A stretch of DNA of 62,274 nt, the filler included, from Globobulimina sp. (lineage: Eukaryota), in NCBI GenBank assembly GCA_003354225.1. It is 24 parts of 24 records of this genome, joined end to end, with 100 filler letters (N's around TTAATTAATTAA, not from the genome) between each part and the next. Parts side by side here need not be neighbours in the genome. Positions count along the whole stretch, not along the records: positions 10,405 to 12,904 come from PIVH01006310.1; positions 13,005 to 15,504 come from PIVH01006311.1; positions 15,605 to 18,104 come from PIVH01006312.1; positions 18,205 to 20,704 come from PIVH01006313.1; positions 20,805 to 23,304 come from PIVH01006314.1; 19 more parts are not named here. One strand, 5' to 3'. A program made the translations under genes and the position numbers. Position 1 is the first letter of the stretch; each line of letters starts with the position of its first letter. Positions 10,405 to 23,404 of this stretch are shown in pieces. The notes beneath the pieces are model-generated. The model was not told the origin of the DNA. It searched no databases and worked only from the letters and a program-made list of their open reading frames with translations.

Positions 10405-12904
10405 ATCTGCAACAATCAAAGAAAGATATGCGTCCATTGTGTATTTATTTGACTTTGAAAATATGAATCAAGAAAAAAGTGATGAATTAAAATTTGAAAT
10501 TACAATCGATTCCGATGCATTTATCTCCAAATTCATTGCAACTATTGATGGTGAATTATTTTATGGAAAAACACAGGGAAAAAAGCAGCAAAACAAGAAT
10601 ACAGCGAAGCAAAAAAAAATGATGAAAATGCCATATTAATATCTCAGCCACATACAAACATTCCAAATATTCCAAATAAAAACAAATATCGACTCAAAAT
10701 CGAAAATATCATTAAAGATCACCATTGGACAATATTTAAAGAAAAAATTTAATTTTAATCAATTAAATATTCAAATTCTACGCAGCTTTAATAAATATAA
10801 TATCACACAAAATTTTGATTTTATATCATTCGAATTCAACATTACGGATTTAAGCGGGATTTATGATGTAAACATTCCAATTTCATCAGACACAGACAAT
10901 GACAATAATAGTCAGGGCATAATCATTCAAAATAGAACAATGGACAAACTACACAAAAATTGCATGGTAATCGGTAAAATTATGACGAAAACATCATCAA
11001 TGAATGAATTTGTATTAAAATATAAAATCAAGGGAGAACAAAATGATTCATATATTCTATTTGATAGAGGCAGCAACACATTTTGTCATATTATATCTGA
11101 TGTTATTACAGATTCAATGGTTGAGCAATATGATGATTATGCAAACGAAGGAAATGATGATGACATTAAACAAAATGTATTAATTCCGCGACGTGTTGTA
11201 TTTGTCATTGATAAATCGGGAAGTATGCGGGGTCCAAAATGGAATAAAACAATATCTGCCACACTCACTGCTTTAACACAATTAAGAACATTATATGATA
11301 GGTATTGCGTCATATTGTTTGATAAAATCATAGATTTGGTGCCGTGCACTGGAATGATGGCAGTAAATGAGGACAGTATACAGCAAACTGTACAATATAT
11401 AAAAAGCAAAAGTGTGAATGGAGGGACTGATATAAATAATGCGTTATTATCGGCAATAACAATGATTAAAAACGACATTGTAAACTTAAATAATCAGACC
11501 GCGGATGGTAAGGCAGCAAATTATAACTTTTTTATGAATCAAATAATATTTATAACGGACGGTGAGCCAAACCGAGGAGTGACAAATCCAAAGCAGATAA
11601 TGTTGAATGTTGGAAGTGCAAATACGTTGAGTGAGATTGACAAATATTTTAACAAAATCTCAATATTTTCGTTTGGAGTTGGTACAGATAATAATGATTC
11701 GTCGTGGATTAAAGATTTAAACCATTCTCTTTTAAAATTATTAAGTGTAAATAACGGTGGTTATTATAAACGCATTAAACAAAATTCAGCTGACACCGAT
11801 TTGACTGCAAATTATAATATTTTATCCAAACCGATATTATCAAATATCAATGTCAAATATGACAATGACGGCATTACAAATGTGACAAACACCGCATTCA
11901 ACACATTATATGCAGGAAATGATATTATTATTTGTGGCCAAATTGAAAATGACGACAAAAATGACTTGGATGTATCATTGACAATATCTGCCACCACAGG
12001 AAAAGAAATAAAATTAAATGATGGCACATTAGTAACGAAACCAATCCATATTTATAAAAAAATGCAATTGCAAATGCTGATGAATGGTGATGATGAAAAT
12101 AAAAATATTGAGAGAATCTGGGCATATTTAAGATTGAAACAATTTGCAAATAAGAAGTTAATGAATAACACCACGAGCAATGGTATGTTATCTCCATTAT
12201 CATTAGCAATGAAATTTAAATTTGTCACACCATGGACCTCAATGATTGTGGTTAAAAAAAAAGATAATAAACAAATTGAAACAGAATCTCAAGTGGTACA
12301 AAAATCAGATTATGATAGTAACGAAAGAAAAACACGTTCACTGTATGCAAAAGCCGGGTATTTACCAACAACAAATCCATTTTCTCGAACGGATTCGTAT
12401 GGCGTTGTGAAAAAGGCACAATCCATACAGAAATACGTCAAGTTTGAAGCAGTAAAATCTGCAAAACATAAACCTGTGATATCAGATTGTTATGACGTGA
12501 TAAAAACGGAAGAGTCAAAATCAAATGTTTCGGAAAGAGATTTTTATAAAACATTCTGGATCGAAGCTGGTAGAATTGGAGAGGGCGCATTTAGCAGAAT
12601 ACGAACAATAACACGGAAATCTGACAAAAGGAAGTTTGCGTTAAAAATGATTAAAAAAAAAGGAAGATCAATGGCTGAAATAAAAAATGCATCGCAAGCA
12701 ATTGAGATACTGAAACAATGTAAGCATGAAAATATTATCCATTTGGAAAGTTGGTGTGATACCAAAAAAAGATTGTATATTGTTGTTGAAATGAGTGAGG
12801 TCGGAGAGATAAATTTAATTCAATATATTATAAATGCTGCAGATAAGAAATGGTCACAGCACAAAATGATGAATATTATTAAACAAATTGTTGGCGGACT
12901 GCAG
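10405..12904 (+). CDS. VIT + vWA (ITIH-like) protein fused to a CAMK-like Ser/Thr kinase domain; VIT region frameshifted; both ends partial
   Basis: VIT-like DAFISKFIATIDG; MIDAS DKSGSM, GGTDIN and FITDGEPN; IERIWAYL/FVTPWTSMIVV; kinase IGEGAFS, ALKMI and KHENII. Two frame changes near 10585 and 10668. Confidence 0.8.
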
Positions 12905-13004
12905 NNNNNNNNNNNNNNNNNNNNNNNNNNNNNNNNNNNNNNNNNNNNTTAATTAATTAANNNNNNNNNNNNNNNNNNNNNNNNNNNNNNNNNNNNNNNN
13001 NNNN

Positions 13005-14791
13005 AACATAGCATTTAATAAAAAATCTTCGAGTTTGATTGAATTTTGAAAATAATTGAAAACATGCGTTTGAAAATCCTTTTTTGTTTTGGTCATTCCA
13101 AATGGTTTAACTGTAAATGAATTGGAAATTATATTCAATGGATCCAAAATACGTTTCAATTTTTGACTTTTATGATAAGATTCCACATTCCAATGAAAGT
13201 AATGCTGCCACACATCCTCAATGTTGACGTTACCAAAAGTAGAGCCACGTGAACGTATATCGATCCATCCAAAGCCGAATGTCCATGTATTCAGCAACTT
13301 TGTCCACGTAGAATCACTAAATTGCGACACAATTCTTCTTCCATTTGGATTAATACTTTGATTCCAATATATATCAGTTCCAATTTGCAAAAATCGGCGA
13401 TCCCCGCCACTGCCATACGTTATCTCTGCATACATATATACGCCGGCATACTTTGCCTTTTCTTCATATATTATTGCGAATTGTGTTGTAAATGAATGAA
13501 TAAATCCATCAGAGATCGACAATCTGATCATTGGATGTAAACGATATGGCGACAGATGCATTCGATGTAAATAGGTTTTTTGTGCAAATATATATGGAAC
13601 AGATGCACTCAGCTGATACTCTGACGGTGTCATCTGTATTGGATTACATATCACAGCATCTGTCGAGTAACGGTTCGCTGCATCAATAAATTTGTTGAAT
13701 GGAGCATATATATCATGCGGTAAAGTTTCGCCTGTTATCCTGATGAAATTGGCTATAAATCGAATAATTTCACCATAAACGCCACCTTTTAAAATCCTTA
13801 AATAAAAGCTATACTGTCTGTCGATCTGATCACTTTCATACATTTCTTTAAAAACATACAGCATCGATTTCAAAACATCGCCATCAAATTGCCAGTCGCA
13901 AGTGTAATATATTGACATTGGGAAGTCACTATTTTGTAATGCTTCAATCCTGACTTTTGTAACAACGCCCCAATTACCTGAATTCTGACCACTTTTAACC
14001 GCTCGATTAACAATTGTCGATAACGCATCCCACGAACTTTTCTTTTTGTTATAATCAACGGTAACAAATGAACCATTTACTGTCATAAAGTCATAGCCGA
14101 TTACATGCGACAAAAAAGTACCAAGTTGCATATGCATATGGCCCTGGCCGCCAGTCGAGAAATGTCCGCCCACAGCAACTGTCTGACAATCACCATGCGG
14201 GACAAATAAATCTGACGCTGCTAACACTTGGCTGACATGTCCTAATTTTGCACCAACTCCTAATTCTACAATTTTACTGTTTTTAGTAATTGAAATTGTA
14301 TCAAAAGCGCGCATATCCAGTTGAATACACGGATGAAGCGCCGAGTTACACGAAGATAATCCGCTATATTGATGACCGCCGGAACGAATCACAACTTTGA
14401 AATTACATTGTTTCGCATACTCAAATGTTAATTTGATATCTTCATCGCAGCCAGCAAAGACAACAACGGATGGATCTACATTTTCGGGATGACTCACTGA
14501 TGCAAATTGTGACTTAGCTTCAAAATATGAATTCGAATCATCGTCTGATTTTAATATCAAACTTCCACATAATTTTGAATCAAATATTGTATTTTGTATT
14601 GAATTAATTAATGAATTGCAGGGTGCGGATGCGGTTCCGGATGCGTCGGATGATGACCTCAATGATTTGATTGTTGTCAAAGTTAACTCATTTCTTGTAC
14701 CGTCATATGGAATTATAACACATAGTGCAATAATAAACATTATAATAAATAATATCCAACGTTTCCGATGTGTTGACACAAACTTTCTCAT
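13005..14791 (-). CDS. Berberine-bridge-enzyme-like FAD-linked oxidoreductase with N-terminal membrane anchor (3' partial)
   Basis: RSGGHQYSGLSS, HGDCQTVAVGGHFSTGGQG, WGVVT and LKRILDPLNII; hydrophobic N-terminal segment. Confidence 0.85.
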
Positions 14792-14985
14792 GTTTCAGTA
14801 ATCTTAATTTAACAGATTAGATCACTTACTTCACTGAAAATAACTTTTGTCATTGTTCATTTTGCTTGTGTCGTTGTTCTGAACTCTGAACTCAACACCT
14901 TATATTTAATTTGGTTCTCATTCATCTGCACTTTTATTATTTCCGTCCCAATTTTGTGGTTATTCCACTTATTTGAAATTATTGA

Positions 14986-15504
14986 ATGATGTTTGATTCG
15001 AGAGGTTCCCAACCAATTTATCTCGCTGAATTGAAGAGAGGTTTAGCATCGTCATCACCATCAAAATTAGAACACAAAAAAGTAGCATCACAATCAGTAG
15101 ACCTGGACGAAAAGAACAATGTGGAAATGACAGAACTGATAGACCTAAATCCCTCTGATCATGATGACGATGATGAAGCACCAAACGTAAAACCATTAGG
15201 TAACCAGTACACAAAAGGCAGCTGTTTTAAACTATTGACAGATTGCTTCTGTTGGTTAAGGATATGTTTACTTATTTTTATTGTGCTGTTGCTGTTATTA
15301 ACAGTCTCATATTGTATGGGACAATCAAATGAAACAAAATTGCATATAATTACACAATGTCCACAACCAAAGACGAGGGAAGAAATATGGCAGCATTCAT
15401 ACGATGCATTTAAAACAAATGGCAACGCAATCAATGACGAATCGCAATTTGGTTATACCAATGAACCATGTTGGACCACCAGGAAAATTGAGATAAATAC
15501 CGAT
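14986..15504 (+). CDS. Unknown membrane protein, N-terminal part
   Basis: ORF open to the contig end with one long hydrophobic segment (ICLLIFIVLLLLLTVSYCM). Confidence 0.55.
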
Positions 15505-15749
15505 NNNNNNNNNNNNNNNNNNNNNNNNNNNNNNNNNNNNNNNNNNNNTTAATTAATTAANNNNNNNNNNNNNNNNNNNNNNNNNNNNNNNNNNNNNNNN
15601 NNNNTATAATTACTTTAATCGTTACTTTAATCATAATATAATCGACTCACTGATGTAATTATATTCACTTTTTTATTATTTTTTGTCCTCGCGCTCATTG
15701 TTTAATTTATATATTTTTGAGTTATGTGTATGTTCTTTTTTTTTGTAAA

Positions 15750-18104
15750 TTAAAATTTATACAGCGCTTCACCTTCACATTTCCAACCAGTTAAATATAA
15801 ATCATTATATATCAGCAACCCAATCAATGTCATATACATCAGAAAGGTGAGCCAATTAAGCATTTTTGGTGCAGACAGCTTATTTTCTTGTTTGGACAGA
15901 AGTCGTTTTAAACAGAATAAAATGTTGAACAAATAGTACGTAGCAATCACACAGATCACAATCAAATTAATATCACATATATTAAAATAATTAAATTCTT
16001 GCAGTGTATGTCGAAATAAATGCAGATGTTTAATGACATACCATCCCAAACAAAATGTAAACACCGCATCGGTGGTTAATGTGGCAGAGAAAACAACTGC
16101 TAACACACTCAAAATAATATAAAATGGATGAAATAAGATATGGATAAATATCGGCAATAACAAGAATATAAACAATGATAAATTGGTCAATACTGCGATA
16201 TTGATAATGTCATTGTGTTTGTTATGTGTTATATTCTCTAAACACGATTTATCGTAAAATAAAAAAATAACCAATGTGCCAAGAATAGATATTGCTAATA
16301 AAATAATATTTATTCGTAGGAAAGTACCTGTTTTCTTGTATATGTTATCGGAATACATTTGATGGCGAATGAAAGCAAATAACAAAGATATTAATAGTAA
16401 AATAGTGATAAATAAAGAAATCCAAATCAGTTTACCTTTGTTCAGAAAAAAAATAATTCAACATTTCAAATAAGGATATCTGTACATATTTGTTTTAAGA
16501 ATAAATGAATATATTTTTCACAAAACCTTGACAAATATCATCCATTTTGTGCAGATTATGACGATCAAATAAGGACAGCACAGAAGTGATGATACACACA
16601 ATAATAATCGCAATAATGGTGATAATAAAAAGTTTCTCCAACCAATTCTGAATCATTTCAAATATATATGACAAATTGGTCCATGTATTGTTAATTTTTA
16701 TGTCACTCATTTTAGATTCTTCTCTCTTATCATTGAGATATAGCTCGGCTTCGGATATCGGGTCTTTTACGGTCATGGCCTCTAATTTTAACTCACTTAA
16801 ATACGAATTTAATACATTTTTCCATTTCTTATTTTCATCGCGCAGTGCTCCCGACGCTCTATGCAACGCTGTCAGCACTGATCTTGAATATGATGCAGAC
16901 CCAGAACCACTACATTCGACCAATTCCTGTGTTTGTATACTCATTTCATGGTATATTTCATCTAATTTTTCTTGATACTGCGCCTTTTCTGGCTTATTGT
17001 CATCAACATTATGTTGTTTATATTCTTCCAATGTATAAGCTGGCTTCCGCTGGAATGGATTTTTAATTAATATTTGCAAAATATGTACGTTTCTCATATG
17101 GATTGAGATTAACACTCCCTTCCAACCATATTTTTTGTACAACTGAGTTTTAATCAAACTGTCTAAATATAATATTTTCTTCAATTTAGCAGCAGTTAAT
17201 TGTGATATGTTGCGATTGTTCGTATACAAAAACTGGTAAATTGTAAAGGTTTTTAATTGGTCGACGTTGACCATATTCCAGAGTTGATTGGAAAAACCAA
17301 AACAATAAAACCAGTCAACTGATGACCAGTTGGTTATATTTTTTGCGGTAATAAAGTTTAATTGAGACAATTTTAATAATAATGATAAAACACCGATTGC
17401 TAAACCCAACAACAATAAAATTATAACCAATCCATACGCTGATTCCCTCATAAACTGCTTCAATTCGCGTTTTTTGTCACTGTTGCTTGAAATTGCATCT
17501 TTGTTTGCAATGTGTTGCTGTAAATCTTTCAGTAATTTCCGTTTTAATACAGAATCACATGCAGGTTTTCTATGGACATCGATCTGTTTTCGTAGCGTTT
17601 GGCAGTATTTAGTGTCATTGTCAGTGTTGTTTTTAATCACAGTGGAAATATGAAAGAAGATCGCCGCTGGGCGACATTCATAAAATAATTTGAAAGCAGA
17701 CCAAGAACCGCTTAATTCCAATAATTCAATCAATGTTACATAATTTCCAGTTTTCTTTAGAAATAATATCGTATAAAATAATGCTAATACAATGATACAT
17801 AATCCACCAAATTCAATCCCTGTTACTATTTGCTTACAAATCGACAAATAAATCTCTGTGTCTTTGGTGGTGTCTGTATCGCTTAAAATAAATATTTTGC
17901 ACATATTGAAGAGAATAAATGCTATATTCATGCATATTGAGTATGGTTTGAGAATGTAAATATTAATCACATCGTAATTGGATAATCCAAACATATATTG
18001 ATCTAGAAATAATTCCATCTCTTGCTCTGATCTCAAATGTTCTGCCTTTACTGATGCTGCAAAATCCAGGAATGGATCTCGTCCAGCCACCTTAACCTCA
18101 TCTT
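15750..18104 (-). CDS. Unknown multi-pass membrane protein (5' partial, probably one intron near 16436-16526)
   Basis: Two long hydrophobic ORFs that can be joined in frame by a GT-AG intron (CAAG|GTTTTG...CAAAG|GTAAA). Confidence 0.6.
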
Positions 18105-18611
18105 NNNNNNNNNNNNNNNNNNNNNNNNNNNNNNNNNNNNNNNNNNNNTTAATTAATTAANNNNNNNNNNNNNNNNNNNNNNNNNNNNNNNNNNNNNNNN
18201 NNNNCCAATCATCACATTTTATTATTTATCATAAAAACTGCTATTTTTTTTTTGTGTTTCTGTTGTATATGTAAAAAAAACATATATATTTTGCATAAAA
18301 TATCAAACAAACAATTATATAACATGCAAGGATATATATATATATATAGCTAACTTAGTTGGACTTAGTCTAATGAAAACATTATTATTCCCGCCTGTTG
18401 ATATGCGTTTACAATAGCGATTGGACGATTGAAGTAATTTAATGACATATTTTGTTTACTTCTAATAGAGATCGATCCATATTTTGCTGCTCCTTCTTTA
18501 TACTCGGTATACAACAAAAAAATCACGATTGGTGTGTTTGGCACGTACATATGTTATAACTTTTGGTTATATAAAAAAAAAGGGTAAATCAGAAGTTTGA
18601 CAACGCAAAAC

Positions 18612-20704
18612 CTATAATTTATCATCATCAATATCATGTTGATCATCATCTATTGAATTGATAGTAACGGCATAGTCATTAGTATCATTTTTATCAATCA
18701 TCGCCTCCGTTGTATCATTATCCAATTCATCCGTATCATCAATTTGTCTCTGATATGCAAACATTTTGGTTTTACTTAATTTCTTTTTCCAAATCCATCT
18801 AAATCCGACAGTTAAACATAACAAAACAATTAAACTTAATATGCAAATCCATACATAATTCAATAAACTACATTCACTCGTTTCATTATCATTGCTCAGA
18901 CCATTTGCTTCAAACAAATATTCAGCAATATCATGATAATTATTTTTAATCCATTCCGTATTAATTTGTATGTTTTCTAATGTTTCATTCACAGATCTTT
19001 CGTTTGATGATGTCTTACGTCCATCTTCTTTGTAATAAAAATCATAAATATTGTCATAATAATTCATAGATGCAAAAGTGTTTGGAAGTTCTGTCAAATC
19101 CTGCGCAGAAAATCCAGATCCATAAATATGAAATAATTTATCCCAAAACTCGTTTTTTATTAAATACGACCACAATGCTTCTCTTCCATAACATCGTCGC
19201 AACGAATATAAACCACGCAATTTATCCTGGTCTCGAACAAATGTTGATGATAATATGAATTCTAATGAACGTAAATTCAAATCCTCGGACTTATAAACTG
19301 AACCAATTGCACGTAGCAAATATTGCTCATATTCGCTATTTAATAAATTATAAATAGCTATAAATTCGGACAATAAATTCAAAGATTCTCCATTCTCGGA
19401 CTGGTACGTTAACGCACATTCTATCACTTGCCTTAAAATATTTGCATCAATTCCTTCAATTTCACCTTGTTTATTCACTGCTATTTTATGATTATTATCC
19501 AATGCATTGTTCACAAACAAATTATATCCATATTCTATTACATTTTGCTCATTAAAGCGAACCATTGCTACGATCAACAATGCTCTTAAATTGATAACAT
19601 TTTCAGAGTCATTTTGAGTGATATTCCATTGATTGATCGATACCCAAACTGGTGATATTATATTCAGTGCATACACTCGAAAATTGGTGATAATATGTTT
19701 CGAATCATTCAAATGTTTTTCACAAAATAACGAATCCATTGTCATCAATGAGTTTATTATAATATCCCATATTAAAAATTGCGGATTGCCCGACTCGAAC
19801 ACACTTATTTTGGCTATAAATTGTAAATATTGTGCGCCAGAAATATAATTTGCGATCATAAATGCATATCGATCGCATAATAATGCATACTTATCGAAAT
19901 CAGACAATTTATTTTCTGTATTTAACCATGCATTTAATATAAAATCAAATGCTTTTTCATCATATAATACCCGGAAATATCCATTCATTCCACTATTAAA
20001 TAAATAAAATTCATATTTGTCCCCATCAGCCCTGGTCCTTTGCACACTCATTGTGTCCGTCACGGCTCTCATTATATTATTTTCATAGTTTATACTGCCA
20101 TCAATTAATTTTATTGACAATGGTATTTGCCAAATTTGATTGTCATATTCATGCATTAACTCTGTATCATACAAACCAAACCATACTCCATTTGCTTTCA
20201 ACATCCGTTTCTGTGTCACATTAAATAAAATAGCATCATTCTGCACTGTCGTAGTAATATTTAAATATGGAAATCCTTTTTGTAGTACCCACGAATTCAT
20301 CATATCAGTAATACTTTCACCGCCCAACGCATCCCATAATTGCTGCGTATCTGCATTGCCATACATATGCAACAACAAATATTTATGTATGCCATTCATA
20401 AAAGTTTCGTTCCCTATAAATAAATATAACATTCGTATGACGGACATGCCTTTGTCATAAGTGACACGATCGAATAATGTGTCAATCTCATTTGGATCAT
20501 TAACGTTTGACTCAATGGCATGCGTAAAATACGAGGAATCTGTAATTAATACATTATTCATGTAAATTAGGAAGAAATCCCAGATTTGAAAGGAAGAGTC
20601 CATATAATTTGTGCCAATGTACTCAATAAACGACGCAAAGCCTTCGTTGAGCCACAAATCATTCCACCACGTCATAGTGACAATATTCCCGAACCATTGG
20701 TGTG
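18612..20704 (-). CDS. M1-family zinc aminopeptidase (aminopeptidase N-like) with C-terminal TM helix (5' partial)
   Basis: HQWFGNIVTMTWWNDLWLNEGFASF, FDRVTYDKG and WVLQKGFP, then an ERAP1-C-like region and TM LLNYVWICILSLIVLLCLTVGF. Confidence 0.92.
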
Positions 20705-20804
20705 NNNNNNNNNNNNNNNNNNNNNNNNNNNNNNNNNNNNNNNNNNNNTTAATTAATTAANNNNNNNNNNNNNNNNNNNNNNNNNNNNNNNNNNNNNNNN
20801 NNNN

Positions 20805-22115
20805 TATAAAGACAAATATCCGTTATCCGCACATATAAAACAAAATATATTTCACCGTGATAAACATAGCAATATTTTATGTGGCTCGCTTGGAGTACTC
20901 ATCGAATGTCTATTTATTACGAAATCAAATGCGATTTTACAAGAATTAATTGACGAAATATTGCGACCACCACCACCAAAAAAAGCAAAACAAAAAAAAA
21001 TTAATGTAGCAGAAAAGGACAGAATTAAGAAACATATTTGTGAGATGATTATGGACGAATCGGCCTCACATTTAATACAAAGCATATTTGAGTTTGGAAA
21101 TAAAAATGTTTCATTATTTGTCTTCAAAAATTATTTAAATGCAAAAGATATTCGAGAGATTGCATTAAATGATAATGGAAATTTTGTGCTGCAATCAATG
21201 TTACGACGTTTATTTGATATTAAATCCATTCAATTCGTCGCTTCATCCCTCCAGAATAATATTATTGAGTTATTTAATAAAAATAAGATTGGTGTTTTAT
21301 ATTGTTTGCTTGATGCATTTACGAGAAAACATTTGAAACCAAATGCGATGGTTAAAGCTATTTTAAATGAAATTGATAATGTTAAGGTGGATAATAATAA
21401 CGATGAAAAGGAGAATGATAATATAATTTATAAGTTTTTGTATTTAAATTTGAATGAAAATAAAAGAAAAAAACATTTGATTAGATCGAAAATTATGGCA
21501 TTATCATCACAATACTCAGTGTTGGGCAGTTTGTTGTTACAATCGATTATTAAATGTAATTCGGATTTGTCTGAACCAGTTTACAAAGCGCTGTTGGTAT
21601 TGGATGTAAATGAGATTGTAAAGATTTGTAAGGATAGTTCGGGGAGTCATGTTATTCAAAGTTTTATTGAAAGTAAATATATTTTTGGTCCTATAAAATG
21701 GCAATTTTTGAGTAAAATAGAAGATAAATTCGCTACTCTTTGCACAGATAAATTTGGAAATTATATAATGGAATCAACTTTTTTTTGTTTAGATTTTCCA
21801 TTTAAAGAACAATTTGCATTAAAATTATTGGATTCAGAGTCAACATTAAAAGGGTCAAGAATTGGATTGATGTTATATGTTAAAATGAAACTGGGTTTAT
21901 TGAAAAGCGATGATTATAAATGGAGGCGAACCATTATGAAACACAAGAAGCATTTCAGGAAGACTTGTTTGAAAATTAAGAAGCATAAAACGAAAAATAG
22001 CGATAAGAAAAACAAAACAAAACCGAAAAATAATAAACATTATAAAAACAGTCAAAATTATAAAAACATTCAAAACAGAGCAAAGAAACTGAAAAAAACC
22101 AACAAATTATTTTGA
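20805..22115 (+). CDS. NOP9: Pumilio/PUF-repeat protein, Nop9-like (5' partial)
   Basis: PUF repeats NDNGNFVLQSML, CKDSSGSHVIQSF and CTDKFGNYIMES; Lys-rich tail. The frame is open from the contig start. Confidence 0.65.
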   Translation, partial: YKDKYPLSAHIKQNIFHRDKHSNILCGSLGVLIECLFITKSNAILQELIDEILRPPPPKKAKQKKINVAEKDRIKKHICEMIMDESASHLIQSIFEFGNKNVSLFVFKNYLNAKDIREIALNDNGNFVLQSMLRRLFDIKSIQFVASSLQNNIIELFNKNKIGVLYCLLDAFTRKHLKPNAMVKAILNEIDNVKVDNNNDEKENDNIIYKFLYLNLNENKRKKHLIRSKIMALSSQYSVLGSLLLQSIIKCNSDLSEPVYKALLVLDVNEIVKICKDSSGSHVIQSFIESKYIFGPIKWQFLSKIEDKFATLCTDKFGNYIMESTFFCLDFPFKEQFALKLLDSESTLKGSRIGLMLYVKMKLGLLKSDDYKWRRTIMKHKKHFRKTCLKIKKHKTKNSDKKNKTKPKNNKHYKNSQNYKNIQNRAKKLKKTNKLF

Positions 22116-22687
22116 CATTAATATTCTTGTAACAATTTATTGATTTATATATTTGCGTGAATTAATATTACTATCCAGACATTGACCATTTATTTTCTGA
22201 TCGAGGTCATTTATTTTCTGAACGAGCCCTTAAATTTATCTGTGATCCTATCGTCGGATTGTTATGTTCAAAACCAAACGGGTGAATAGTTTTGATACAC
22301 TATTTAGATCCTACAAATCCTGAAAATAAAGCAAAGTGATTTATTGTGTTATTTGTATGTGAATTATATAATGTATAATCAATTTTTATACTTTCCGTGT
22401 ATATTGGTTAGAAAGGACTACGGATTAGAATTTCAATTCAGATATTAGAAAGTACATTCACTACTACATTGAACTAAAGTCCTCTAAATATAAATACGAG
22501 CGTAGAGTGAGCTTGTACGCACCCCAGCATTTACATGCAGGACAAGGTGTACGCTTCTCCACGCCCGAAATATTGACCTTCCTAATACTAAACTTTCTGA
22601 ATCAATGTATCGGTTCTAAAACCACATCCTTTCTAACCAATCTACAGGGAAAGTACGTGATAAGTGTGACGTCACCATGTTACGTAA

Positions 22688-22923
22688 GGGGTTATATTGC
22701 GTAATAACAATTTGGACCTAGGACCTAGGTATATGGTTATTGCAATTTATTGCAATTTATTGCAATTTATTGCAATTTAGACCTGAGTTGTGGGCTTTTA
22801 ACGCAAGCTTATTTAGCACAACAATATGGATCACAGACAAGTCTCGAGTTATTGCAATTTATTGCAATTAAGGATACCTAGGTTCTAGGTCCAATTGTTA
22901 TTGCGCAATGTAAGAACAACCCC
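22688..22923. mobile_element. MITE-like non-autonomous element (~236 bp)
   Basis: Inverted arms of about 41 bp (TTATATTGCGTAATAACAATTTGGACCTAGGACCTAGGTAT against ATACCTAGGTTCTAGGTCCAATTGTTATTGCGCAATGTAA). Termini GGGGTT...AACCCC, flanks TAA/TAG, internal TTATTGCAAT tandem arrays. Confidence 0.6.
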
Positions 22924-23069
22924 TAGGTTGACAACAGCATCAATTTACACACTACGTAGTGTTGAAAGGTGGTTAAAACACCGATTTGACACATGCGTGT
23001 TGTAACCAAATTAGAAACACATAGCAGTGACCAGACGTCGTTTTGTATACACTGTTGTCACCAATACGT

Positions 23070-23304
23070 GATCACCAATCAATAATCACACATCGAATAT
23101 CACTGTTTTGTTAACTGAATGTGTGGATCACCAGTCAGTTATCACGGATCCAATATCACTGTTTTGTTAACAAAATGTGTGGATCACCAGTCAGTTACCA
23201 CGGAACCAATATCACTGTTTTGTTAACAAAATGCATGGATCACCAAACAGTTATCACCGATCCTTTGTCACTGTTGAGTTGGTACCATTGCTGAATCACC
23301 AATA
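23070..23304. repeat. 56-bp tandem repeat, more than 4 copies, running off the contig end
   Basis: Units start at 23070, 23126, 23182, 23238 and 23294. Consensus GATCACCAGTCAGTTATCACGGATCCAATATCACTGTTTTGTTAACAAAATGTGTG. Confidence 0.9.
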
Positions 23305-23404
23305 NNNNNNNNNNNNNNNNNNNNNNNNNNNNNNNNNNNNNNNNNNNNTTAATTAATTAANNNNNNNNNNNNNNNNNNNNNNNNNNNNNNNNNNNNNNNN
23401 NNNN

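Noticed and set aside
23070-23304. CRISPR array
   Set aside because: The whole 56-bp unit is conserved with no unique spacers, no cas genes are present, and the context is eukaryotic.
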